Shown here in pieces: positions 34,449-45,061 of a DNA stretch of 64,000 nucleotides (position 1 is the stretch's first letter; each line of letters opens with the position of its first letter). Source of the stretch: Alkalispirochaeta sp. (lineage in GTDB: Bacteria > Spirochaetota > Spirochaetia > DSM-27196 > Alkalispirochaetaceae); NCBI GenBank assembly GCA_965242725.1, contig CBDESZ010000018.1, forward strand, positions 32,001 through 96,000, given 5' to 3'. The translations under genes and the position numbers were made by a program. Below the pieces are notes generated by a model. It ran no database searches. It had not been told where the DNA came from and saw nothing but the letters and a program-made list of their open reading frames with translations.

Positions 34449-36095
34449 ATGGACGCTTTATCACCGACTGTGAACAAACGACTCGCCATGCTGGCCCGGC
34501 ACTTCCGGGACGGGTTACCCGCGAAAATACGGGAAATTGTTACGCTTCACGACGACGCAAAAAACGGTAACAGCGACGCCCTCAGGGCATTGCGCATGAG
34601 GGTTCATCGTCTGGCCGGTACGGCATTGACCTTCGGAATGGCCGGACTGAGTGAACGGGCACGACGTGCAGAGGAAGCGATCGAAATCGATCTTTCCTCG
34701 CACAAGGGGATCATTGCGCCCCGGACATCCTCTCTCATTGAGGAACTGCGGAGTGAAGGAACGCAGATAAGCGTCCTCCCCGGGAAGTGGGAACGAACCC
34801 GGGCGGAAGATACAGGTGATGCGTTGCGGGTCGTGGCGGTGGGCGGAACGGTCCGCGGGCTGCCCGCTGACTTCTCCGAACAACTTGCAGTATTCGGAAT
34901 CTTGACGATACACGTACGGGAACCCGACGAAATTCTCACTTATCTCGATGAACATGACGATACGGTTGAATCGTGTCTCTTTCTCGCCGAAGTCTCGTAC
35001 GTGTCGGAGCACCCCGACCGACACGCCGCAATGGGCGAAGTCCGCGGGAAATATATGGACCGGATTGTCACCGTCCTCGTCGGCGGTGACGACGCTTTTT
35101 CAACGCGGCTTCTGTCGGTCCGCTTTCAGGCCGATGCCTTTGTCTCGGCGCCAATGGATGTGGGAGGCCTTGTCATTCAGCTGGATGATATTCTCAAGAG
35201 GCGGAAAAAGGAGCCCTACCACGTCCTCATCGTCGACGAGGATCCCGACTACGTTTCCTCTATCGCGCTTTCACTCCAACAGGCGGGTATGATTACCTCG
35301 GTCGTCACCGATCCGGAAAATATTTTTCGGGTGCTCGTTGAATACAAACCGGAACTCGTTCTCATCAATATGCACATGAATCGCTGTTCCGGTATCGAAC
35401 TTGCGGCGGTCATTCGTCAAAACGAAAATTTCGTGAGTATACCGATCATTTTTCACTCCGTCGAAAAGGATTCCCGTCACCATCTCGAGGCGGTTCAGGG
35501 CGGCGGCGATGATGTCATTACCAATCCCTTTACGCTTGAACATATCGTGCGCTCCGTCCGCCTTCGGGCATCGAGAAACAGGCAGATGCGTTATTTCATG
35601 GAACGGGACTCCCTGACGGGGTTGCTCAATCACACAAACCTGAAACAGCGCCTGGAGCATGAAGTTCAGCGTGCGCGGCGAATCGGAACGAGTCTCGTCT
35701 TTGCGATGGTCGATATAGACCGCTTTAAGGACGTCAACGATACCTACGGACATCTTACCGGCGACAGGGTGATAAAGAATCTGTCCCGTCTGCTGGTGGA
35801 ACGGCTGCGCCGTACCGACGTCGTAGGGCGGTATGGCGGTGAAGAGTTCGGGATAATCCTTTTTAACACCGACGGTGTTCATGCGGCGCGTATCATGAAC
35901 CGCATTCGCGAGGATTTCTGCTCGGTGCACCACGTCGCGGCGGACGGCGACTTTACCGTCTCCTTCAGTTGCGGTCTGGCGGAATATCCGTTGTTTGAAA
36001 CGTCCTTTGATATTACGAAAGCGGCCGATGACGCGCTCTATCTCGCCAAAGAATCGGGACGGGATCGAATTATCGTGGCGGATCGGAACGGTTAG
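34449..36095 (+). CDS. Hpt-REC-REC-GGDEF diguanylate cyclase
   Basis: VHRLAGTALTFG Hpt; DSLTGLLNH, DIDRFKDVNDTYGHLTGD, RRTD I-site, GGEEF. Confidence 0.9.
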   Translation: MDALSPTVNKRLAMLARHFRDGLPAKIREIVTLHDDAKNGNSDALRALRMRVHRLAGTALTFGMAGLSERARRAEEAIEIDLSSHKGIIAPRTSSLIEELRSEGTQISVLPGKWERTRAEDTGDALRVVAVGGTVRGLPADFSEQLAVFGILTIHVREPDEILTYLDEHDDTVESCLFLAEVSYVSEHPDRHAAMGEVRGKYMDRIVTVLVGGDDAFSTRLLSVRFQADAFVSAPMDVGGLVIQLDDILKRRKKEPYHVLIVDEDPDYVSSIALSLQQAGMITSVVTDPENIFRVLVEYKPELVLINMHMNRCSGIELAAVIRQNENFVSIPIIFHSVEKDSRHHLEAVQGGGDDVITNPFTLEHIVRSVRLRASRNRQMRYFMERDSLTGLLNHTNLKQRLEHEVQRARRIGTSLVFAMVDIDRFKDVNDTYGHLTGDRVIKNLSRLLVERLRRTDVVGRYGGEEFGIILFNTDGVHAARIMNRIREDFCSVHHVAADGDFTVSFSCGLAEYPLFETSFDITKAADDALYLAKESGRDRIIVADRNG

Positions 36096-36573
36096 AGAGT
36101 CGCCGACAAAAATTCAGTTCCCATCTGCTGCCGGACCACCACTGTTCATCATCTCCCAGGGTTATGTCGTAGAGCGACAGCCATAGGGCCGATGTCGCGG
36201 GAAGGGGCGGCGATTCCGGTATCCCGGTAGTGGCGCTCCAGGAAATCCGGACCAGCGGCCGCGAGGAGGGCATCAGGACCGAATCTTCAACGAGGGGAGA
36301 AAATTCGTCTCGCAGATCGTTCTGAAGTCGGGCAAAACCGTGCAATATCGGTTCATTCGCGGTAGATCCTTCGGAAAGAACGAGATGGTGCCGTTTCCGG
36401 AACACATCCAGCGTGTGGATCGCGGGTAACAGGGGTGTCACGGCGATCGGAATAACCGGCGGCAGAAACATCGTCGAGGTGTCACCGGTCGCCTGAAAGT
36501 ACCGTTTCCGGAATGTGTAGAGGGTCTGCTCAATATTGGCGGCAAAGCGAAGTGCCCAGAGAATCGTGGCCAT
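36070..36573 (-). CDS. Hypothetical protein
   Basis: 167-aa ORF filling the gap between convergent and divergent genes. Confidence 0.55.
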   Translation of the reverse strand: MATILWALRFAANIEQTLYTFRKRYFQATGDTSTMFLPPVIPIAVTPLLPAIHTLDVFRKRHHLVLSEGSTANEPILHGFARLQNDLRDEFSPLVEDSVLMPSSRPLVRISWSATTGIPESPPLPATSALWLSLYDITLGDDEQWWSGSRWELNFCRRLSNRSDPPR

Positions 36574-36605
36574 ATATACGCGTCCTATGGTACAGTAGCC
36601 TCAAT

Positions 36606-38026
<1,421 letters not shown>

Positions 38027-38087
38027 AACCGGATCGGCTCTCCCCATGAAAGACGGTCTTCCGTGGAATTCGGACGCGACGATACCC

Positions 38088-39836
38088 ATGCCGGTTCACA
38101 GGCCATCAGGACGCCGGAGATGGGTTCTCCTCGCCGTCATATTACTGTCACTCCTCGGTTGTCATCGCACAATCGAGGGTGTTCCCGTGCTCATTTCCAC
38201 TCCCGAGGGGGAAGTTCCCATAGAAATGAGCGACCGGGAGCGGCTCCCCGCCGGGGAGGAACTCGTCATCGGCAAAAGCCGGGACGGCTATTCAGTCACG
38301 TTCCGGGACGAACATGCCGCACCGTCGGTTGAAACCCTTCGCATCCGCGTGACCGGCGATCCCCGGGGCGGAATGATCAGCTTTTTTGCCGGTGATCGCG
38401 AAGGCAGCGTCTCCTTTTCCTCCCTCTTTGATATGGATAATGCATCCTTGAGCGCCCCCGGCGCCGGCGTGTTCGAAATGGTTCTGCCGCTGCCGTCGTG
38501 GTTTATCCGGGGAGGTTCCTTCATCGAAGATTCCGGGCTTACCTTTTTCCCGGGAGCGACGGGGCAATACCGTGTGGATGCAATCACCTTTGGTCCCCAT
38601 CCATCGTCGCCCTCGGTCGGCTTGCGTGACGACGGGATTTTCACTGTCGACTATAGGTTGCCCGTCTCAGTAGAAGAGGGAAGGTGGATCGTCCGCCTTC
38701 CTTCTGAGTCTATGGCGAGTGATCCCGTAACGTACGCGCTCTCATATCGTTGGATTGAGGAAGAAATTGACGGCGTCGCCGTTTTCGGGGATCGCAGCGA
38801 CCGACCCCATGCAATGATCAGCGACGGTGCGACCCGTGTACGCGTGAATATGCGTCCCCGGGGTGGAACGACCACATTCCGACCCGCCCTGTGGGGACTC
38901 CAGGGAGAGTACCTGCAGATCGAAAGGGGAATTCGGGACTATCCCTTCCAACTGACCGGTTTTTCAGTCGTCGCCGATTCGGGGGAGTCATCGGGCCCCA
39001 TCACCGTGGAGCTGTCGGAACTCACCCGCTATCCCGTATCTTCATGGCGCAACGATGAGTTTGAACTCTTCTCGTGGTCGACGTTTCCCGATGTGTTGTG
39101 GGTCGACTCGGTCTCCTACGCGGTACAGTCGAAGTTTTTCAAACGAATGGCCTTTTTTGTTGAGAAGCGCGGCTATATCGGTTCCCTCCTTACCGATGAG
39201 GAGCTCTCAGGCCTCCACGGTTACAACGCCCATAACTATCGCCCCGAGGGCCTCGCCGATTTTTATACCGCCGCTGAACGCGAAGACTTTCCCCTCAACA
39301 GCTATGAACTGCTCCTGCGGGATGTGGTGGAACGTCACGGGATCATCATCCGCGACGAACGCGGCGGATGGCGGCCCGGCTCGGGAGGCGTATTGGGGGT
39401 GAGCCGGGAAAGCACCGGAGAACACCGACGTCTGTTGGTGGTGCATGAGGCGATGCACGGTGTGCTCTACGAGGAGGACGAATTTCACCGGGGAGTATCC
39501 GATTACTGGCGGTCAAGCCTTTCCGAGCGGGAACGTCAGTACTGGCGGGATATGCTGGGCTGGATGGGGTACGCCCCCGGAGACGAGTACCTCATGTACA
39601 ACGAGTTTCAGGCCTATCTCCTGCAGCGGCCGGAAGCGGCGACGCGCTGGTACTTTCGGTCACTCATGGCTGACCGCGTACGGAACGCCCGCGGCCGTCG
39701 CGAACCGGTGGATACATTCCTCGGCGATCATCCGACCACCTTCGTGGACAGCGCGGCGGCGATGAACGATCTCCTCTTCAGGACGACGGGACTCATCGGG
39801 GGAAATCCCTATTACCTTGAAGCAACGACCGACTGA
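38088..39836 (+). CDS. Putative lipoprotein with a C-terminal HEXXH (zincin-like) domain
   Basis: LLSLLG-C lipobox; VVHEAMHG and downstream NEFQAY. Confidence 0.7.
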   Translation: MPVHRPSGRRRWVLLAVILLSLLGCHRTIEGVPVLISTPEGEVPIEMSDRERLPAGEELVIGKSRDGYSVTFRDEHAAPSVETLRIRVTGDPRGGMISFFAGDREGSVSFSSLFDMDNASLSAPGAGVFEMVLPLPSWFIRGGSFIEDSGLTFFPGATGQYRVDAITFGPHPSSPSVGLRDDGIFTVDYRLPVSVEEGRWIVRLPSESMASDPVTYALSYRWIEEEIDGVAVFGDRSDRPHAMISDGATRVRVNMRPRGGTTTFRPALWGLQGEYLQIERGIRDYPFQLTGFSVVADSGESSGPITVELSELTRYPVSSWRNDEFELFSWSTFPDVLWVDSVSYAVQSKFFKRMAFFVEKRGYIGSLLTDEELSGLHGYNAHNYRPEGLADFYTAAEREDFPLNSYELLLRDVVERHGIIIRDERGGWRPGSGGVLGVSRESTGEHRRLLVVHEAMHGVLYEEDEFHRGVSDYWRSSLSERERQYWRDMLGWMGYAPGDEYLMYNEFQAYLLQRPEAATRWYFRSLMADRVRNARGRREPVDTFLGDHPTTFVDSAAAMNDLLFRTTGLIGGNPYYLEATTD

Positions 39837-41397
39837 TTCTCCATCGGGGATAGACGATATCCCGCCGCAGAGAAATCAAACCGACCGCATCAAGGTTCTC
39901 AAGTCCCTCCTCCAGTTCATCGCTCCGCCAGCCGCGGAAGAGCCCCCATCCGGGAAGGTGACGGTGGCCGGCGAGTCGTGATGCCGAGGACCCCCGCCCC
40001 TGCCACAGAGCGATCCACTGGGACGTGTGCAGCCGCTGCGGCGTTACGGCTATAGAGATCGTCGCAAGGACCATCCCGGGAGAACACGTCACACATCTTC
40101 CCCGGACACAGTGGTCACAGCCGCCGCAGGTGTCCTGGTCGTATCCCATGCAACGAAGAAGTCCGGTGCGACGGCAGGTAGCACTGAAGAAGACGTCTTC
40201 CACGGGACTCGACGAGCTGGTCCGCGTCCGATCGCGGTAGGCAACCACGTCGATGCCATCCACAAGTGTGACCGAGAGGGCGGGGGCTCCGTCCCGTCCG
40301 CCCCGACCGCTCTCCTGCAGAAACGCTTCCACCGAAGCGGGAATATATGTGTGTATCACGGCCCGTACATTTTTCTTGTCCACTCCCATACCGTAGGCGC
40401 ATGTGGCGGCAAGGACGCCGTCGGGAGAAGAAAAAAACTCTTTCTCGATCCGTCGTTTTTCAGATCCGGAGAGGCCTGCATGGTAGGAAAAGCAACGACT
40501 CCGGCCGACGCTGCGCGCCGCAACGGCGGCGTAGAAGTGTGTTTCCCCCCTGGTACGGCAAAAAATGATCGCCGGCCGCGGAATCCTCTGTCCCGGGGAA
40601 AAGACCGGCAGGGGATCGTCGGGGGAGGCGGATGCGTCGTGTTCTCCAACGGAGGTGTCAGTAAGCGCCCCGCCACGAAGCATGGCGGCGACGGCGCGGC
40701 GCTTACTGAGACATGAAATGACGCTGTAAGAGATGTTTTGCCGGTCCGCGTTGCCCCTGATGAGATGGGCACGGCCTTCCGGGAAGAGAACTTCCCTGAT
40801 GCGGGCGATCACTTTTTCTGAAGCAGTTGCGGTAAATGCCGTAATCAGGGGAACGTCGATTCCGGAAAGAGATTCTCCCACCGTGAGATAGGCGTCGCGG
40901 AAGGTGTCGCCCCATTCACTGATGCAGTGAGCCTCGTCCAGGACGGCGTGAAGGGGGCGGGCGCGACGAAGAAGTTCCTGTATATCCGGACGACGCAACG
41001 TTTCGGGGTTGGTGAGAATGAAATCGCAACGACCGGTGATTTTGTCGGCTGCCGTACGTCGATCGGCGGGAGTCATACCGCCCTTCAGCTGTACCGTGAT
41101 AAAACCCGCCTCAGACATGCGGCGCTCCTGATCATTCATGAGGCTGAGTAGGGGGTATACAACAAGCGTGGGGAAGGGGAATTGTGTAGCCGGCAATTGG
41201 AAACAGAGGCTCTTGCCCGCACCGGTGGGCAAAATGACGATCTGTCGCCCCATTTCGGTCGCGTCTTCAGACGGTGCGTTTCCCGTGATCAAGGGTTCCG
41301 CGGCGGAGAGAATATTCCGGACCACCAGACGCTGATACGGAAACAGATAGGGTACGCCGAAACGCTCCGCCGCAATCGTGTCTATTGAATCGTCCAC
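39793..41397 (-). CDS. recQ: RecQ-family ATP-dependent DNA helicase
   Basis: LPTGAGKSLCFQLP, DEAHCISEWG..FR, YHAGL, YGMGVDK, QESGRGGRDG, Zn-binding Cys. Confidence 0.88.
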   Translation of the reverse strand: MDDSIDTIAAERFGVPYLFPYQRLVVRNILSAAEPLITGNAPSEDATEMGRQIVILPTGAGKSLCFQLPATQFPFPTLVVYPLLSLMNDQERRMSEAGFITVQLKGGMTPADRRTAADKITGRCDFILTNPETLRRPDIQELLRRARPLHAVLDEAHCISEWGDTFRDAYLTVGESLSGIDVPLITAFTATASEKVIARIREVLFPEGRAHLIRGNADRQNISYSVISCLSKRRAVAAMLRGGALTDTSVGEHDASASPDDPLPVFSPGQRIPRPAIIFCRTRGETHFYAAVAARSVGRSRCFSYHAGLSGSEKRRIEKEFFSSPDGVLAATCAYGMGVDKKNVRAVIHTYIPASVEAFLQESGRGGRDGAPALSVTLVDGIDVVAYRDRTRTSSSSPVEDVFFSATCRRTGLLRCMGYDQDTCGGCDHCVRGRCVTCSPGMVLATISIAVTPQRLHTSQWIALWQGRGSSASRLAGHRHLPGWGLFRGWRSDELEEGLENLDAVGLISLRRDIVYPRWRISRSLLQGNRDFPR

Positions 41398-41480
41398 GCC
41401 CCGTTCAGTACGAAAACATCTGCCCCGCTTGGTATGCGCGATATTCCGGGTGCGTTATAGCGGCTTCGCGAACGGCGTCG

Positions 41481-42689
41481 CTACCACAGAGCGGCAAAGG
41501 CGTCCACAAATCGCCTCGCCAGGGCATTTGCGTCGTCGGTACCGGTTCCATCGACGGGGATAATGCCGCGCCACAGCGGCGCCTTCCCTCCGCCTTTTGC
41601 ATTGAGCGGCGAGAGGAGCTCTTTCCTCAAACGGTCCGCGGGAAACGGCAGCTCCGCACCGATAACCACCGCCCAGTGAATCTTTTCTGCCTCAATATTT
41701 ACCGCAACCAGCCGCTCCTGCGGGTTCACCGTTGCCGCTTCCGCCAGCGCCTTGAAGACATCGGGGTCCTCGTTATGCAGGATGATACCGCCATGTACTC
41801 GCTCGGCACCGTTGAGGATATAACCGGCTATGCGTTCCGCCCGTATTCTCAACGATCGTCTCAGCTCCTGGATTTCGTTCCGTTCCGTGTCTATCCGTTC
41901 AGGGAGCAGGGAAAACGGGGCGGAAAATTTCTCCGCCGCATCGACGACGACCGTGTGTTTTGCCCGATAGTCCACCAGTGCCCGATTGCCGATTTTGAAG
42001 TGAAAGCGCTGATGTCCCCTGATGCGTTCCTCCTGAACAACCTGTACGGCGTTGAGGGACGCCGTCGACGGCAGGTGTACTCCTCCACATGCGACGAGAT
42101 CATAGGGACGGTCGTCATTTCCTACCTGTACGAGCCGGATTTTGCCTTTCCGTCCGGTAGCACGACGAAGCCGGTATCGGGGCAGTTCATCTTCAGTGAT
42201 CCAGAATCCGTGAATGGGCAGATTGTCGCGGATCGCCTCGTTGGCACAGTCAACAACGGCGTTGATTTGCTGCGACGACAGCCGGTCCGTGTCTATTTCG
42301 ATGCTTGTCACATCGCTGCCCTGGGCAACACTGACCGTTGCCGCTTCGGCGACCGTCCAGAGAGCGGCGGAAAGGACGTGCTGCCCGGAATGCTGTTGCA
42401 TATAATCAAATCGGTGCTCCCAGTCAATGACACCGGTGACGGCGTTTCCGACGGAAATCGACGCCTCCAGGGGGTGCGCGAGCTGATGGACGATCGCTCC
42501 GTCGTCCCGTTTCTGCACATCCGTTATAACGCTTCCATTAATCGTGCCGCGGTCGGCCGGCTGGCCGCCCCCTTCGGGATAAAAAAGTGTCCGGTCGAGG
42601 ACGATTGCCTGTCGATGTTCACCGATTTCAATGATTTTTGCTTCGAACTTCGTCGCCGTTGCATCGTCATAGTAGAGGGGATAGGTCAT
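41481..42689 (-). CDS. AlaX-L type alanyl-tRNA editing protein (with DHHA1-like tail)
   Basis: TLFYPEGGGQPADRG, MQQHSGQHVLS, CGGVH, KGGG. Confidence 0.88.
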   Translation of the reverse strand: MTYPLYYDDATATKFEAKIIEIGEHRQAIVLDRTLFYPEGGGQPADRGTINGSVITDVQKRDDGAIVHQLAHPLEASISVGNAVTGVIDWEHRFDYMQQHSGQHVLSAALWTVAEAATVSVAQGSDVTSIEIDTDRLSSQQINAVVDCANEAIRDNLPIHGFWITEDELPRYRLRRATGRKGKIRLVQVGNDDRPYDLVACGGVHLPSTASLNAVQVVQEERIRGHQRFHFKIGNRALVDYRAKHTVVVDAAEKFSAPFSLLPERIDTERNEIQELRRSLRIRAERIAGYILNGAERVHGGIILHNEDPDVFKALAEAATVNPQERLVAVNIEAEKIHWAVVIGAELPFPADRLRKELLSPLNAKGGGKAPLWRGIIPVDGTGTDDANALARRFVDAFAALW

Positions 42690-42788
42690 ATCTTCATGGT
42701 ACGGAAAACGCGTCGTCTGTAAAGTACATTGTCGCAACGCGTTGTCCCGCCGGTCGGACGTACATGGCGGTGGAGCTGCCGTGGCGCT

Positions 42789-43745
42789 TCAGAATCCGCA
42801 GCGCCGGCACGCCCGAAAGAAGGGTTCCGTCGTTGCCGCAGCGCCGCGGTAGGTCAGATCACTTGTCATGACGTGAACGGCAAGAAGGCGCGCTCCGAGG
42901 TCGATCATGCGGACCATCGACTCCTCCATCGCCCGGGCATTGTCGGTTGACCCCGGACTGACGAGAATGCCCATGTGGATGTTGCGTACGGCCGCGGCGT
43001 GAATGAGGGAGGCAACTGCGTCCGCGGCGTCGTGATTGCCGCTGCGCATGAGGGCGTCGAAGGGGCCCACAAATCCGCATGCCCTGTTACGTCCCCGGGA
43101 TGCCATGATATCGAGAACGCGATCGCGTACTGAGGTATCGCGTATGTACTCATCGGTTTCAAACTGAACCCACCCCTGAGTCTCGCCTTCCGCCTCCCTG
43201 AGGGATGATGGTGAAAAATACATTGTGCGGTCACCGCCGCGGACGGGAAAGCCTCCGCGGTCGTATGGAGTGGCCGCGCCGGGCGTGGGAAAGGTTATCG
43301 ATTGAAAGTAACGTGTCGATTCCTCTGCGGTGATACCGTAGGGGCGCATCGTTGCGCGGGCACCCAGTTGTAAAGCGTCACCGTGGGTACTTATCGCTTC
43401 CCTGGGGAGTCGTTGGACCGGAAGCATGCCCAGCCGCAGAATCGAAGCGTTCTGTTCGCGCCCGTAGTATCCTTCCCACTGGCTGTGTTCACCGTCGTTG
43501 ACGACCCAGAGAAAACCGGCCTGTGCCCACGCATGGGCCTCGGATTCGCGGTACCGGTGCCACGGTATGTCATTGAAAATCCCGAGCATCGGAGGAGTCT
43601 CTTCTACCGATGGAGCGGCGTCCATTATCTCCTTGACGGGATTTCGCAGGGGATTCCGTGCCGTCCGGTACGCCCGGTCGGCAAAGGCTTCCACAGACAG
43701 CGGGACCGACGGGTCCGCCTGAGATAGCGCTTCCAGGGCGGTCAT
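42789..43745 (-). CDS. Divergent HpcH/HpaI aldolase/citrate-lyase family protein
   Basis: NDGEH, QRLP, VQFET, FVGPFD motifs. Confidence 0.7.
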   Translation of the reverse strand: MTALEALSQADPSVPLSVEAFADRAYRTARNPLRNPVKEIMDAAPSVEETPPMLGIFNDIPWHRYRESEAHAWAQAGFLWVVNDGEHSQWEGYYGREQNASILRLGMLPVQRLPREAISTHGDALQLGARATMRPYGITAEESTRYFQSITFPTPGAATPYDRGGFPVRGGDRTMYFSPSSLREAEGETQGWVQFETDEYIRDTSVRDRVLDIMASRGRNRACGFVGPFDALMRSGNHDAADAVASLIHAAAVRNIHMGILVSPGSTDNARAMEESMVRMIDLGARLLAVHVMTSDLTYRGAAATTEPFFRACRRCGF

Positions 43746-45004
43746 GTCGTCGTGCTCTCCGTCGAATCCCGTCTTTCTTCCGCCGCCTCGTTGTAGAGGG
43801 CGAGGGTCTTCTCGGCAATTGCGTCCCAGCTGAAATGGCGTTCCGCCCGTGTCCGTCCCGCCTCCCCGTAGCGGCGCGCCGTCTCCCTGTCTCCGGCTAC
43901 GGCGTTGACGGCTTCCGCCAGGTCCCGGGAAAACCTGTGCGGATCCCGGGGTGAGAAGGTACCGGGAATAAGGTCGGGATCGACGAGAAGTCCCGTTTCT
44001 CCGGGGACGACGACCTCCGGAATGCCTCCCACCCGGGAGGCGACGACGGCGGTCTTACACGCCATGGCCTCCAGGTTGATGATACCAAAGGGTTCGTATA
44101 CCGACGGACAGGCAAAAACGGTGGCGTGGGTATAAAACTGTATCGTCTCCCTGCGGGGCAGCATTTTATCGATCCAGAAGACGTTGTCCCGTCCCTTCCG
44201 GGCCAGGGCGATATGTTCCTTCATTTCCTCTGCGATTTGCGGCGTATCGGGAGCTCCCGCGAGGAGGACGACCTGAATATCTTTGTCGATATGGGGAATG
44301 GCGTCCACCAGATGGATTATTCCCTTTTGACGCGTGATGCGTCCGACGAAGAGGACATACGGTTTTGTCGGATCGACGCCGTGGGCGGTGATCGCGTCGG
44401 TTTCCACCGTGGGAGTGTATTCTCCGAGATCGATACCGTTGTGAATCACCCGCGTCCGCGATTCGACACCGGAAAAATGGCGATGGACGTCCGCTTCAGT
44501 CTCACCTGATACGGCGATAACGCGATCCGCCGACTCGATTGCCGTCTTTTCCATCCAGCTGCTCAGGTGATATGCGTTTCCAAGCTGTTCCACCTTCCAG
44601 GGGCGGAGCGGTTCCAGAGAGTGGGTGGTGAGAAGAAAGGGAATCCCCCACAACTGCGACGCGACAAGCCCGCCCATTTGGGTGTACCAGGTGTGACAGT
44701 GGACGACGTCGGCATCAAGATTGTCCTTCGCCATGGCGAGACTTCTGGAAAATGCACCCATCGCTGATACAAAGCGGGGATCCGTGTTCTCACCCATTTC
44801 CTTCCATGGCGCGTAATCGCGGACCGTCACGTTTCCGTCCCTGCGAATACCGCCGGCGGGTGCGTCTTTTCCCGCGAAACATCGGACTTCGACCTCAACC
44901 AGTCTGGCGAGCGCGCGGCTCAGGTATTCCACGTGAACACCGGCGCCGCCGTACACGTTGGGAGGATACTCATTGGTCATCAGGCATACTTTCCGGATTT
45001 TCAT
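43742..45004 (-). CDS. glgA: GT4 glycogen synthase, Corynebacterium-type (GlgA/GlgM, maltose-1-phosphate synthase-like)
   Basis: EYPPNVYGGAGVHV, HCHTWY, HSLEPLRPWKVEQLG, VGRITRQKG, YEPFGIINLEAMAC. Confidence 0.88.
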   Translation of the reverse strand: MKIRKVCLMTNEYPPNVYGGAGVHVEYLSRALARLVEVEVRCFAGKDAPAGGIRRDGNVTVRDYAPWKEMGENTDPRFVSAMGAFSRSLAMAKDNLDADVVHCHTWYTQMGGLVASQLWGIPFLLTTHSLEPLRPWKVEQLGNAYHLSSWMEKTAIESADRVIAVSGETEADVHRHFSGVESRTRVIHNGIDLGEYTPTVETDAITAHGVDPTKPYVLFVGRITRQKGIIHLVDAIPHIDKDIQVVLLAGAPDTPQIAEEMKEHIALARKGRDNVFWIDKMLPRRETIQFYTHATVFACPSVYEPFGIINLEAMACKTAVVASRVGGIPEVVVPGETGLLVDPDLIPGTFSPRDPHRFSRDLAEAVNAVAGDRETARRYGEAGRTRAERHFSWDAIAEKTLALYNEAAEERRDSTESTTT

Positions 45005-45061
45005 ACCCCCAGTATAGAACAGCGCCGTCGATGAAGGGAGAGAAAAATGCGGCTTTTCCGG

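Noticed and set aside
41385..42722. 445-aa plus-strand ORF
   Set aside because: Antisense shadow of the AlaX-L gene; no motifs; typical of GC-rich codon bias
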